A stretch of 64,000 bases of DNA from Octopus vulgaris (Eukaryota): the NCBI GenBank assembly GCA_951406725.2, contig OX597818.1:30938001-31002000 (forward strand), in the 5' to 3' direction. Shown piece after piece: positions 1-13,697 of the stretch. Positions within the stretch are counted from its first letter, which is position 1; the number at the start of each line of letters is the position of its first letter. The notes under the pieces were generated by a model that had not been told where the DNA came from, ran no database searches, and saw nothing but the letters and a program-made list of their open reading frames with translations. The position numbers were made by a program, and so were the translations under genes.

Positions 1-270
1 CTTAAGCTCCTCTCTCGTGTAATGTAATTATAACAGAAGGGCGTTGAGAGGCGAAATCGTTAGAGCGTTGGACAAAATACTTTGGAGGATATTTCTGACA
101 TTGTGAATTCAAATCTCACTGGGATACAAATAGGTTTTCATTCTTCAAGTGCTGGATGAAATAATGTAAAAATCAAGAACTAGGGTCGATTAAATCGACG
201 TATCCATCTCAGAAACTACGTGGCCCAGTTCCAATATTACAAAAATCACAATAGCGCTTGAACGGTTTTA

Positions 271-321
<51 letters not shown>

Positions 322-724
322 TGTTGTTGTTTCAAGGGCAACAGATTGTCAGAATCAGTAGAGCATCGGACCGAATTATATATTTCACACATATATTTCA
401 TACATATCTACTTACCTACTTGAGCAACATGTATGTATGTTTGGTTGTATGTATGTATATATATATACACACACATATTTATAAGCATACATACATACAT
501 ACATACATATGTGTGTGTGTGTGTATATATGTATGAATATTTGTGTGTGTATGTGTGTGTTTCAAAATATCTGTCACTGAGTACTAAGGTTTGGAAATGC
601 AAGCGGATATTATAACACACGCACGCATATACATACACACAGGCATACACATACTTATACACGTACATATATAAGTATTTACTTAGATGTATGTGTATTT
701 ATATGCGTATATAAACCTAAAACA

Positions 725-770
<46 letters not shown>

Positions 771-911
771 GAGTTATCAGTTTACTTATCTCTCAATATG
801 TGTTATGTGTGTGTGTGTGTGTGTAAGCATACAATCACACAGACACACAAATATATACATATATTTTAAAACACATACACATGTAGATATGTTGATATAC
901 ATATACATACA

Positions 912-975
<64 letters not shown>

Positions 976-1369
976 TTTGTGTATGTGCGTGTTTCGTGTA
1001 TGTAACTCTGTGTACCAAAGCCCACACTCACATATACATATATTCATATACACTCAGGTGCACGCACGCAAACACACAAACATACACACATACGTTCACA
1101 CACACACACACACACACACACAACCACACACACACACACACATACACATGTGTACCACGTTCGCGCTGATGCGGACGCACATGTGTGTAGAAACATAGAC
1201 AGCTACATACAGGGACATGCAGCGGTGGACATATGCACGTGATATTGACAGCCGTCTCCTAAATAATTCCAGGGCTCAGATTCGATCAGTTATTACCATT
1301 TATTTATGTATTTATTTATTCCATTTCTATTGTACATTTAACCATTCCATCAGTGAGGAACACAACGAA

Positions 1370-1381
1370 AAGAGGGATAGG

Positions 1382-1450
<69 letters not shown>

Positions 1451-1541
1451 AGAGAGAGAGAGAAAGAGAGAGAGAGAAAGAGAGAGAGAGAGAGGAGAGG
1501 ATAGAAAGAGAGAGAGAGAAAAAGAGAGAGAGAGAAAGAGA

Positions 1542-1584
<43 letters not shown>

Positions 1585-1994
1585 GAGAGGATAGAAAGAG
1601 AGAGAGAGAGAGAAAAGGAGAGAGAGAGAAAAGGAGAGAGAGAGGGAGAGATAAAGATAGAGAGAAAAATGTGAGAGAGAGAATGAGAGATAGAGATAGA
1701 GAGAAAAATGTGAGAGAGAGACAGAGATAGGCGAGAAGGAAGAGAGAGAAGTAGAGATAGTGAGTTCGAGAGGAAGGGAAGGAGAGAGGGAGTGTGGAAA
1801 GAAGAGATCGGAAGTTGGAAAGGAGAAAGAGAGAGACAGAGAGACAGAGAGAATAAAAGAAAGATTGGGAATGAAAGAGGCCAAAAGAGAAGAGAACGAA
1901 AGAAGACAGATAGAAATAGAAAGATGGCTATACACACACACTCACACACACACACACACAAACACACACACAAATACACACACACTCACACACA

Positions 1995-2068
<74 letters not shown>

Positions 2069-2116
2069 AACACACACACAGACACACACACAAACACACA
2101 CACGCACACAAACACT

Positions 2117-2169
<53 letters not shown>

Positions 2170-2331
2170 TCACATACACACACACAAACACACACTCACA
2201 CACACACTCACACACACAAACACACACACACACATATGTATATATGGTGAGTGAGAGAAAGAGAGAATGCACACGTGAAGAGATTGAGAGAGAGAGTGAA
2301 AGAGGAAGAGTGAGTGAGTGTATATGTGTGT

Positions 2332-2402
<71 letters not shown>

Positions 2403-2420
2403 TGTGTGAGGATGAGAGAG
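1370..2420. repeat. Compound (GA)n/(CA)n/(TG)n microsatellite block
   Basis: Seen directly; representative of dozens of similar tracts. Confidence 0.95.
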
Positions 2421-2929
2421 AGAACTTATGTGCTTCGAGAGCGGGTCCACAATGGTTACATTTATATCCAATGAAATGTTCCGCTTGCGGAGTTTGTATT
2501 TCGGTTGGCGTTGGCCCGTGAAATTAACAAGTCGGGATGATTGACCTGACTAGGTCAATAAGCATTGTCTTTCAAATTGCCAGGCTACTTGCTCAATAAT
2601 CCTAGCTTTCGTTTGCCTGTCCCTATTGTATTCTCCTTATGATGGATACAATGCATTCAATAGGGTGGATAGATAGCTGTTACATGGAGGTGATGTAATA
2701 GAAGGAGAGAAAGAAAGAGAGTAAGAGACGGGGAGAGAGAGAGAGAGGGAGAGTAAGAGAAGAGGAAGAGAACTGAGGGAGAGAGAGCGTGAAAGAGTGA
2801 GAAAAAGAAAGAAAGGGAGAGCAAGAAAAGGAAATATGGAGAGTGTTTATTTGGAAGACAAAGATTGAGAGGTTATTCAGGATAAAGAGAATATGACAGA
2901 GACAGATAGATAGAGAGAGATAGAGATAC

Positions 2930-2961
<32 letters not shown>

Positions 2962-3018
2962 AGAGGGGAGCAGAAGGACAGGCAGTTGAATATTAAGAGA
3001 GACCAAAAGACATACACA

Positions 3019-3105
<87 letters not shown>

Positions 3106-3340
3106 AGAGAGACACACACCCAGACAGACAGATAAATGGATGGATAGATAAGATGAAGAAAGTGAAAGAAAGAGAGATAGAGAGAGAGAGAAGTGAGAGA
3201 GAATGTGCGTGCAAAAGTGGGAGGAAATTGTATATTGAGGAACACAGGCGAAATGAATAGATAGATACAGCTAGGTAGATAATTAACTAGATAGATACAT
3301 AGACAGGTGTATGAACTCGCAGACACACACACATACACAA

Positions 3341-3395
<55 letters not shown>

Positions 3396-3480
3396 AACAC
3401 ACAAGAATAGAGTTTAATGAACTGGGTGGTTATAAGAAATATTAGAATAGGTAGCTACATGCATAGCAGAAAATGAGAAA

Positions 3481-3573
<93 letters not shown>

Positions 3574-4284
3574 GGATTATAGAAGCAGGAAGACAAGGAG
3601 AAGCAGTGATAAGAGATCCTTTTAGCCTTCTAAATACACTGATAGACAGATAAACAGCATAATAGATTGATGAACAGAAAGACAAAAAGAAAGGAAATAG
3701 ATAGAAAAAATAGATTAATACATAAATAGAAAGAAAATAAAAGTAGATGGATGGGTAGATAGGTAAAGCGGTAAAAGGTAGATAGAAAGATAGATTGATA
3801 AATAGATATGAGATCAATGAATTGTTAGAGGATAAATAGAAAGATAGATAGGTTAATCTTGCAAGCTAGATACGTTAATGGTAAATAAATTAGGTAGAAA
3901 AATAGATAAATTGATAGAACGATAGATAGATATGTAGAGGCGGATAGACGTAAATACTTTGCGATAAACGGAGTTTTAGATACGTAGAGTAAAAATGGAT
4001 TGTTAGAAAGAATGATAAAGAAATAGTAGGGAAGGGAGAAGAGAATAATGTTAGAGAGGGAAAAAATGGAAAAAGATTCAAGGAGACAGAGAGGAAGAGA
4101 CTAAGAATGAGAAAGAAAAGAAGAAGGCAATCATGAGTAAAATAGAGAGATAGGCGCAGGCGTGGCTGTGTGTTAAGAAGCTTGCTTCCCAACCACGTGG
4201 TTCTGGGTTCAGTCCCAGTGTGGCAAGTGTCTTTAACCATAGCTTCAGGCAGACCAAAACCTTGTAAACGGAAACCAAAAGAAC

Positions 4285-4350
<66 letters not shown>

Positions 4351-4488
4351 TATAGAAAGCTTCTACAGGACTAGTACTGTTTCATTCAGCTTCCTTCTGT
4401 CTCTTGAATATATATATATATATATATATATAATAAATTAATAATGTATTGAGTACCTTACTTACTAACCCCGAATCAACCCGGGACC

Positions 4489-4523
<35 letters not shown>

Positions 4524-4686
4524 CCTCTAAAGTGGAATGACCTCTAAAGTGGATTCCTATGTGCTAAAGATAGACGTCACATCGCCTTACCACGAAGAGT
4601 GTGTTCTCAAGAAAAAAAAATCTCAGCAAATGCCAGAATATAAAAATAATCAACACAAATGAAAATATACAAAATTAAACGATTAC

Positions 4687-4751
4687 CTACGTATCATGAT
4701 TTCGTTTTCAAACATTTGCAAAATGCAAATGTCTGTAACTCTTCAGCGTAG
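4687..4751 (-). ncRNA. Type I hammerhead ribozyme, canonical core
   Basis: Minus strand: ctacg-CTGAAGA-gtt acagacatttgcattttgcaaatgtttgaa aac-GAAA-tcatga-TA-cgtag. Perfect 5-bp stem I, long stem II, palindromic stem III. Confidence 0.85.
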
Positions 4752-4865
4752 CTGTCGTATTGAAAAATATCCCAAATACATTTTGCAGAACTGTGCGCGA
4801 GTTTTCTTTCGGGTGAACGCGTTTCTGTGTATAGTTCTGTGAAATATGTTTTGTAATACGACAGA

Positions 4866-4928
4866 CTACGCTGAAGAGTTACAGATATTTGCATTTTGCA
4901 TTTTGCAAAACGAAATCATGATACTTGG
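4866..4928 (+). ncRNA. Type I hammerhead ribozyme (second arm; stem I partly decayed)
   Basis: ctacg-CTGAAGA-gtt...aac-GAAA-tcatga-TA-cttgg. Confidence 0.65.
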
Positions 4929-5118
4929 GTAATCGCTTTATTTTGTATATTTGCATTTATCTTGCCTATATTTACATTCTGGCGTTTGCTGAGATTTTTT
5001 TTCTTGAGAACACACTCTTCGTGGTAAGGCGATTTGACGTCAATCTTTAGCACATAGGAATTCACTTTAGAGGTCATTCCTCTTATTAATTGTAATATAA
5101 TTTTTAAATCTTCGGATT

Positions 5119-5182
<64 letters not shown>

Positions 5183-5186
<4 letters not shown>

Positions 5187-5291
5187 CAGTTTTGGGGATT
5201 AATAGATATGTGGATGTTCTACTCGCTATGTTATTTTTTGCATAATCTGAAATAGAACATCCACATATCTATGAATCCCCAAAACTGAATT
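5183..5291. repeat. ~110-bp foldback next to (TA)n
   Basis: AATTCAGTTTTGGGGATTAATAGATATGTGGATGTTCTA pairs with TAGAACATCCACATATCTATGAATCCCCAAAACTGAATT. Confidence 0.7.
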
Positions 5292-5641
5292 ATTATTTTT
5301 CGTTTTTGGATTTGGTTTGCAAGATTCTTTATATGAATTCGTGTGCTGAAGCATATGCTGTTGTGTCTGGGGAGAATCATTTTCTTTTTGTGCCCTATAA
5401 TATAACACACTCACCGGTAAAATTTCTATTATATATTTTGTATATTTCTAGATAAATATATATAAATATTTTATAATCAAGACCGCACTACACGATATGC
5501 AGATGCATGTAATGCTAAAGGGTTGTACCTGATTGATTTGGAAATTCGATTTCCCCACATTATTCAAATATATATATATATATATACATATATACATACA
5601 TACATACATACATACATACATACATACATACATACATACAT

Positions 5642-5724
<83 letters not shown>

Positions 5725-6305
5725 GTGTGTGTGTGTGTGTGTGATATGTGAGTGTGTGTCTCAGTTTGTCTGTTTGTTTGTCTGTGTCTGTGTTTGTCCC
5801 CTACCATTCTTATGCAACCGGTGTTGGTATTTTTACGTTACTGTAACTTAGCGGTTCAGCGAAAAACACCGAAAAATAAATTTCAGGCTTAAAAAGGAGA
5901 AATAAAAGGCACTGGGGTCGATTCATTCAACAAAAACTTCAAGGCGGTGCACTAGTATGGCTGCAGTCCAATGACTGAAACAAGTAAATGGTAAAAGATA
6001 AAAGCAAGAGATAGAGAAGCAGGAAAGAAAAAGGGTGAAAGAGAGGAGGAAATGTATGTGAGAGTGTGTCTGTGAGAGAAAGAGAAGTTGAGAGAGAGGA
6101 AGAGAGAGAGAAATGGTTGTCCTGAATGGCACTTGGGATACCAACTTGGAAGCTGGTAAATGTGGAAGTTGATAAATGTGGAAAGTGTAAATGAAGGTGA
6201 AAAAGAATGATGAATAGTGTAACTGAATAGAAGCAAACGGAAATAAAGGTGAAATGATATGAGAATAAGAGAGGTAGAGAGGGAGTGAGAGAGTGAGAGA
6301 GAGAA

Positions 6306-6338
<33 letters not shown>

Positions 6339-6445
6339 CAGGGAGAAAGGGGAGATAAAGAGGGTGGAAGAAGGGTGAAAAAGGTAGAATAGGGAAAGAG
6401 AGCGGGAAAAGAAAAGTGGAAGAATGAAAGAGAAAAGAAGGAAAG

Positions 6446-6484
<39 letters not shown>

Positions 6485-7082
6485 AGGGAGGAAGAAAGGA
6501 AGAGAAATGGAGGAAGGGATACAAAGGAGTGTGGGGTGAAAGAGAGGAAGGGGGAAGAAAGGGAAGGAAGATAGGGAGGAAGGGGAAGGAAGATAGGGAA
6601 GAAGAGAAAGGGAAGGACAGAAAGAGGGGATAGAGAGAAGGAGGGACAAGGAGAGGGAGGAAGTAAGAGAGAGAGAGAGAGAGAGCTACAGGGAGGGAAA
6701 GAAAGAGGATGGGAGAGAAAGTGGGATGGAGAGAGAGAGAGAGAGGTAGGATGGGAGAAAGAGGAGCGGAAAGGAGAGAAAGATGGAGGAAGAGAGTAAT
6801 GAGAAGAGAAACAAGAGAGAAAAATGATGAGAGGATACGGGAGAAATAGTAATGCCTTTCATTCGCAATCATATATACTCCTACATACACAAGCAGAAAT
6901 ACTCCCAAATACACACGCACACATACATACATATGTGTGGTGTATGAGTGGGTGTGTGATAAATTTTTCTTCTGTCATAATTTTGACACATTATACATTT
7001 AAAGTTATATATATATATTTATACACACACACACGCACAAACATGTGTGTGTGTATGTACGTATGTGTATGTATCTATTTGC

Positions 7083-7126
<44 letters not shown>

Positions 7127-7127
7127 A

Positions 7128-7524
7128 CTAGCAGTATCGCCTGGCGTTGCTCGGGTTTGTAAGGGAAATAACTATATAAGCATTTTTAGAGAGTTATAGC
7201 CAAAAAAATAGCAAAAAAATGCATTAAAAATAGAAAAAAAATGATGGTAAATTTTTTTAAAAATCGTTGACTCATCGTAGACATTTTTAGAGAGTTACTT
7301 CCCTTATATAATAGCGAAAAAATGCATTAAAATGGAAAAAATGATGGTAAATTTTTTTAAAATCGTAGACTCATCGTAGACGCGCGCTAATACCCAGAAG
7401 GGCTTGATATGAATCACGACTATAAGATACCCGGTTTTGGTTAAACTGCACCGCAAAATGTGGGAGTAGTTAGGAATCCAAATCGTAGGAGACAGACACA
7501 CAACTTCTCTTTTATATATAAAGA
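7128..7524 (-). mobile_element. Non-autonomous Helitron
   Basis: Minus strand reads A|TCTTTATATATAAAAG...CCCGAGCAACGCCAGG-CGATACTG-CTAG|T. It has a 5' TC, a subterminal hairpin, a 3' CTAG and an A|T target with no TSD. Copies at 9885 and 50368. Confidence 0.85.
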
Positions 7525-7528
7525 TATA

Positions 7529-7621
<93 letters not shown>

Positions 7622-7623
7622 TT

Positions 7624-7766
7624 TATTTAAAAGCAGCATAAATATAACAAAAGCTGTTACTCAGAGTTTCACGTTCCCGTTCACGCTCCCGTTAACAAAA
7701 CTCCGATGAACGGGAACGTAAAACTCTGAGTAACAGCTTTTGTTATATTTCTGCTGCTTTTAAATA
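7624..7766. mobile_element. Foldback with hammerhead remnant (CCGATGA core), in (TA)n
   Basis: Right arm: CCGATGA(7703-7709)-acg ggaa cgt-AAAA-ctc t gag-TA-acag. The left arm on the minus strand keeps the intact GAAA. A degenerate relative lies at ~32550-32705. Confidence 0.6.
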
Positions 7767-7831
7767 TTACTCTACCCCTGGTATTTGAGTACTCTTTTTT
7801 CCACCTTGCTTCACATTTATATGCTTACCCC

Positions 7832-7886
<55 letters not shown>

Positions 7887-7922
7887 GCATGAAGGGGTAC
7901 GGCTGGACATTTACTTTTTAAT

Positions 7923-7962
7923 CACTACAATTGTTTCCACGCAACGTAGTTCTTCAGACGTG
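7923..7962 (-). ncRNA. Hammerhead-like motif
   Basis: Minus strand: cacgt-CTGAAGA-actacgttgcgtg-GAAA-caattg-TA-gtg. Core intact, palindromic stem III, weak stem I. Confidence 0.45.
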
Positions 7963-8447
7963 CAGGTACTTGATTATGCAACCGTTTCCCTGCATTATGA
8001 GTTCTAGTTTCCTCAGGCAATATGTAAATATTGTCTCCGCAAGTTCCAATTCTCAGCCGTTTTAAAGGGACTGCCGATCTCTTTATAACCGCAACCACTT
8101 TAACAGTGGCAAAATCACCATCCCACTACATCTACACATTCAAAGCAGTTTGCCAATTGTCCTTTAGCAACAACACACTCTGATAAACTCAATGACCACT
8201 ACTAAGTTCAGGCCCCGACAGACAGACACAAATGAAAAAAACAAACAAACAAACAAACAAACAAACAAACAAAAACCCCTAAATAAAAAAAAAACACTGA
8301 AAAAATTCAAGTCTGTTCTTTCGGACGCTTCGAGTAGTAAAACGTTCACAATATCTAGACAACCTGATTGTTTTGGGGTGATGAGTATTGATCCGAACCA
8401 ATAGCTGGTTCGGATAATTTTGGTTCAATCTGCGTCTCGGTGGCCGT

Positions 8448-8488
8448 ATGGAATGCAAGTATAGCAGAAGTAGCATGATGATAAGCAG
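8448..8488 (+). CDS. Possible first coding exon of a host gene (MECKYSRSSMMIS, phase 2)
   Basis: ATG in non-repetitive sequence and a strong donor CAG|GTGAGG at 8489. Phase is compatible with the candidate exon at 20554. Confidence 0.25.
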
Positions 8489-8605
8489 GTGAGGTTTTCC
8501 TTCTTTTAGTTAGCAGTTTCGTTGGGTTTAAGAATGTCTGTAAAGTTTATAGAAGTTCTAGAAACGTTTATGGAATGGTATCAACAATTTGGTAGCCGCA
8601 AAATG

Positions 8606-8991
8606 GTGGAGGCGCAATGGCCCAGTGGTTAGGGCAGCGGACTCGCGGTCATAGGATCGCGGTTTCGATTCCCAGACCGGGTGTTGTGAGTGTTTATTGA
8701 GCGAAAACACCTAAAAGCTCCACGAGGCTCCGGCAGGGATGGTGGTGATCCCTGCTGTACTCTTTCGCCACAACTTTCTCTCACTCTTACTTCCTGTTTC
8801 TGTTGTACCTGTATTTCAAAGGGCCGGCCTTGTCACTCTCTGTGTCACGCTGAATATCCCCGAGAACTACGTTAAGGGTACACGTGTCTGTGGAGTGTTC
8901 AGCCACTTACAGGTTAATTTCACGAGCAGGCTGTTCCGTTGATTCGGATCAACCGGAACCCTCATCGTCGTAACCGACAGAGTGCTTCCAC
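8606..8991 (+). mobile_element. tRNA-derived SINE (family B), full length with 12-bp TSD
   Basis: A box TGGCCCAGTGGTT, B box GGTTTCGATTCC. TSD AGCCGCAAAATG at 8594-8605 and 8992-9003. Confidence 0.85.
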
Positions 8992-9254
8992 AGCCGCAAA
9001 ATGACAGTTTAAATGTTCATGTTAAGGGTTACAACGAGCTATTGTTGTATGAGGGATGAAGTTTATGCAGTACTTTTCAACAGTTATTTGCTTAAAACAG
9101 CAACTTGCATCTGTTAACAAGTAAACCGAACGATCATTTAGTTGCCACCAACTCATCTCGAAATTGCCTAATTACATGGACGTGGTGCGTGAATCCTTGT
9201 AGCAGCAGAATAAAACATCAAATGCCTCTTAGGAAATATTAATTCTACGTCTTG

Positions 9255-9670
9255 TACTCTTTACTCTTTTACTCTTTTACTTGTTTCAGTCATTTGACTG
9301 CGGCCATGCTGGAGCACCGCCTTTAGTCGAGCAAATCGACCCCGGGACTTATTCTTTGTAAGCCCAGTACTTATTCTATCGGTCTCTTTTGCCGAACCGC
9401 TAAGTGACGGGGACGTAAACACACCAGCATCGGTTGTCAAGCAACGCTAGGGGGACAAACACAGACACACAAACATATACACACACATTTATATATATAT
9501 ATATATACGACAGGCTTCTTTCAGTTTCCGTCTACCAAATCCACTCACAAGGCATTGGTCGGCCCGGGGCTATAGCAAAAGACACTTGCCCAAGATGCCA
9601 CGCAGTGGGACTGAACCCGGAACCATGTGGTTGGTTAGCAAGCTACTTACCACACAGCCACTCCTGCGCC
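9255..9670 (-). mobile_element. tRNA-derived SINE (family A)
   Basis: Head GGCGCAGGAGTGGCTGTGTGGTAAG...GGTTCAGTCCC, internal (TA)/(TG) tract, tail CAGTCAAATGACTGAAACAAGTAAAAGAG. More than 12 copies in the window. Confidence 0.85.
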
Positions 9671-9884
9671 TGAGTACTATTTCTTTCATTTGTGCCGCGC
9701 AGTGGGACTGAGCCTGAAACCACATGGTGGCAAAGCGAGATTTCTAACCACGCACCCATGTCTGTTAAATATAGGTAGGTATAGACAGACACACACACAC
9801 ACACGCGCACGTATAATGCTTTGAAACTGATGGAATCCTTACAGTGCGTTTTGGGAAATTTGTGTGAATGAATTTGCAAACATA

Positions 9885-10265
9885 TCCTTATATATAAAAG
9901 TGAAGTTGTGTGTCTGTCTCCAATGATTTAGATTCCTAACTACTCCCACATTTTGCGGTGCAGTTTAACCAAAACCGGGTATCTTATAGTCGTGATTCAT
10001 ATCGAGCCCTTCTGAGTATTAGCGCGCGTCTACGATGAGTCTACGATTTTAAAAATAATTTACCATTTTAATGCATTTTTTCGCTATTATATAAGGGAAG
10101 TAACTCTCTAAAAATGTCTACGATGAGTCAACGATTTAAAAAAAATTTACCATAATTTTTTTCCATTTTTAATGCATTTTTTGCTATATTTTGGCTATAA
10201 CTCTCTAAAAATGCTTTATAGTTATTTCCCTTACAAACCCGAGCAACGCCGGGCGATACTGCTAG
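9885..10265 (+). mobile_element. Non-autonomous Helitron
   Basis: A|TCCTTATATATAAAAG...CCCGAGCAACGCCGGG CGATACTG CTAG|T. Confidence 0.85.
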
Positions 10266-10349
10266 TGTTTAATAAAATACATTTAGCCTAGCGTTGCAAA
10301 TAGACTTTGTGTATTCGACAAGATAGAGAGAAAGATAGAGAAAGAGAGA

Positions 10350-10402
<53 letters not shown>

Positions 10403-10784
10403 TAGTTAAGAGCCGTTTATAAAAATACCATGAACAAGCATTGCCTGTGCATATATACATTTTCTTGGCGACGCTTATGTATTAAAAATACTGACCATGT
10501 TTGTAATGGGTTTTAAATAAATTTACATGTTTAAGAAGCATAGACTTAGTCTCGCTGTATCTTGTTTTTTTTTTTTATTTAAATTAATACGGCTCTCTGC
10601 AGAACGGATTGAAGAAATGTTCAAATAGTCACCTGTCAATTATAAGCGCACCAGGAAGACAGAAACGGATAGAAATATACAGTTGCAAGAAAGGGAAAAA
10701 GAAAGAAAGTGTTTGTGTGTGTGAAAGAGTGAGAAGGAGAGTAGAAAGAGATAGATAGATAGAAATAGATAGATTGACTGATAG

Positions 10785-10842
<58 letters not shown>

Positions 10843-11099
10843 CTTACAGGTACTTATCAAAAATGCACTGCTTGTGCTCATTTTCGTGACATTCGTTTAA
10901 GAATCGTATAAATTAAATACAATACTGAAAGAATGCATTTGTAGATTGGTTGCAAATAACTTTCCATACCTATCTTTAATAAACACATATTGATAAGCAC
11001 ACACACACACACACACACACACATTTATTTAACCGGCAGATATATCTATAGATTTTTCGCTAACGAAATTTCACACTCAAGACTTTGGTCATCCAAATG

Positions 11100-11447
11100 A
11101 GAACGGAAACCGGAACTATTAGGTTGCGAAGCATACTTCTCAGCGAAGTATAGCCATACCAGTATACAGGTAGAGGAGGAAGAATGACATATGAAGCATG
11201 CAAGATGCAGGAGGAAAGTGTGAGAGAAAGTTGTGGCGAAAGAGTCAGCAGAGGTTCGCCATTACCTTCTGCTGAGCCGCTCATAAACACACACATCGCC
11301 CGGTCTGAGATTCGAACTCGCGGTCGAGGGATCGCGGGTTCGAATCTCAGACCGATGTGTGTGTTTATGAGCGGCTCGGCAGAAGGTAATGGCGGACTTC
11401 TGCTGACTCTTTCGCCGCTGCTCTAACCACTAGGCCATGTGCCTCCA
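11100..11447 (-). mobile_element. Family B-like SINE with an internal inverted duplication (foldback 11233-11418)
   Basis: GGCGAAAGAGTCAGCAG...GGTCTGAGATTCGAAC pairs with GTTCGAATCTCAGACC...CTGCTGACTCTTTCGCC. Confidence 0.65.
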
Positions 11448-11951
11448 CAGCTACTTCAGTATTTTATTGATAATTATAATCAAAGGAGTCACTCAAACCT
11501 TTACCTTCCCTTCTTAATCCCAATTACGGTGTGCCCTATACGACGTGTTTATTTTGTTGAGGACGGCCTAAAGTGATTGAATAGAGATTTGGCTACTATA
11601 CCCAGCAACTGAAGCGTTCACATAGAAGCTCTCTTGTTAGTACGTCATAAAATTATTATCTGTTAACGTTGTTGAATCCAATAAATAGTGAAATGAATTT
11701 GATCATGCATTGAATGGCAGAATCGGTATGTCGAATGAAATTGATTCGCTGTACGGTATCTAGCGCAAAGTAGCCCAACACTACGAATTATGAGTATGAT
11801 AGTTAATGAGTTTAGGCCTGTTAACGAAGTACTCACCAATTTTATAGTTCCGCCGCTGCCTAGAGTTGTGTGCTTGAATATCATGCCGAACTCTTTTACA
11901 TCATCATCATCATCATCATCATCATCTTCATCATCATCATCGTCATCGTCG

Positions 11952-11989
<38 letters not shown>

Positions 11990-13400
11990 ATTGTCATCAT
12001 CTCCTCCTCCTTACCACTTTTCTACGTCCTCCTCTTCCATAGATTTTTAAAACACCTCCAGAGGGAGTTTCACCCTATTAATTACATGGATAATCTCAGA
12101 TAACTGAAGATATACAACTCACTATATTACATACACGAGACTCTAACGGATGTGTAGTTAGTATGCAGAACACTTTCCCGAAGTTCTGCTATGTTACTAA
12201 TAAATTTTGATACCATGAGGTAGAACAAATCTGACGTTTCGGAGAATGAACATTCGACATAATAGTTAGTAATGGCCGGCGTAAGTTCAAAAGTATAAGA
12301 GAGGTGGTATGTTAAACGATAGGAGCAAAAAGTAGATGAAAAGGTAATCATAGTGAATGAGGGATGGCAGGAGTCAGATGTGGGATTGATGGAGGAAGTC
12401 TGTGAGGAGTGATTGGTGTATGAGACTGTGGGAGAAAAGCCAAAAGGCTACGTAAGCGGTTTAGTGCGAGTTAATGTATTTACAAATTAACGATGTTTTC
12501 AATACTCTGAGGCTAATCAGATACACGTAGATGCATTATAAGCGGGTATGGATATGTAAAGACAAGCGCGGAACCCAGATTGCACCCGTAAAACAATAAA
12601 ATCAATCGGAGGTAATTTGGTCATTCTAACGTCAACAGGTAGTAAATATGTGAAAGGTGCGTGCATGTGTGTGTGTGTGCGTGTGCGCGCGCGCGTGTGT
12701 ATGTGTGTTCGTGCGCGCGCGTACGTGTGTGCGGGTATGTGCTTGTATGTCTGTGTGTATGTTCGTAACAATTCAGATTAAGTAGAAATTAATACAATTA
12801 GAAATTAATACAATTATAAATAAGCCCTGTCCACAACTAGTCCTTAATACTGATGATCGTTAATGCAGAACGTGAGATTGCTATGAGCAGTATGGAGGAA
12901 CACTATGGGCAAACCATACAGTGAAATATCAATATGTTTATTTTATTTCTCCATGATTCTTGCTACTTCGTAAGTGTATTGATTTTCAAATGTAAACTAA
13001 TGTTAATACACTATTAATAAACATGCAAACTGATGATAATTAATAAACCCTGCCATCGAAGGCTCTGAGAACTTCACTCGTTATTAAAAACTAGGACGAG
13101 AGTTTGTTTCACGACTCGAGTTTAACGCCTGAACATCGCAGTAACGAGAAACTTGGATCGTGAGACAAACGCTTAGTTTCAGTCATAATAACCACCCCCA
13201 TATCCTCTACAACACGTATTGAGCACTTCATTCTCATTTGTCTGACATTAAGCCACATGCATACACACATGCATACATACATGCATACATACACACACAT
13301 ATATATATAAAGTGAGCGATAGAGATAGAGAGAAGAAAATTTAACAAACAGAAGGGCTATTAAATACTTTTAGTAGGGTATAAATTTATTGACTTCTAAA

Positions 13401-13504
13401 AGGAAAAGATTGCCAGGAACTTCGAAATTTCAGCTTGCTCCTCTTCCTCAGACTTATTGTAGGTGAACAAGCTGAAACTTCGAAGTCACTGTCAAAGTTT
13501 TCCT
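13401..13504. repeat. Small foldback made of two partial hammerheads
   Basis: Minus strand: agt-CTGAGGA-ag...ct-GAAA-tttcgaag-TT. Plus strand: aagct-GAAA-cttcgaag-TC-actg. Palindromic stem III CTTCGAAG. Confidence 0.5.
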
Positions 13505-13638
13505 TCTAAAAGGTAATGTGTGTGTGTGTGTATGTGTGTATGTGTGAGTGTATGTATGTATGTATGTATGTATGTATGTATGTATGTATGTATGTATGTA
13601 TGTATGTATGTATGTATGTATGTATCTATGTATGCATG

Positions 13639-13697
<59 letters not shown>

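Larger units (their letters stand above)
4534..5080. mobile_element. ~550-bp imperfect foldback (inverted Penelope-type pLTR-like pair) within (TA)n
   Basis: GGAATGACCTCTAAAGTGGATTCC... at the left pairs with ...GGAATTCACTTTAGAGGTCATTCC at the right. Arms are ~250 bp and each carries a hammerhead. Confidence 0.75.

Noticed and set aside
258-7162. Long ORFs such as 1327-1941, 5939-6649 and 5952-6932 (also 17963-18979 and 42470-43354)
   Set aside because: They are translations of microsatellites (HT, YI, SL, RE, YLSI repeats) with no protein signal.
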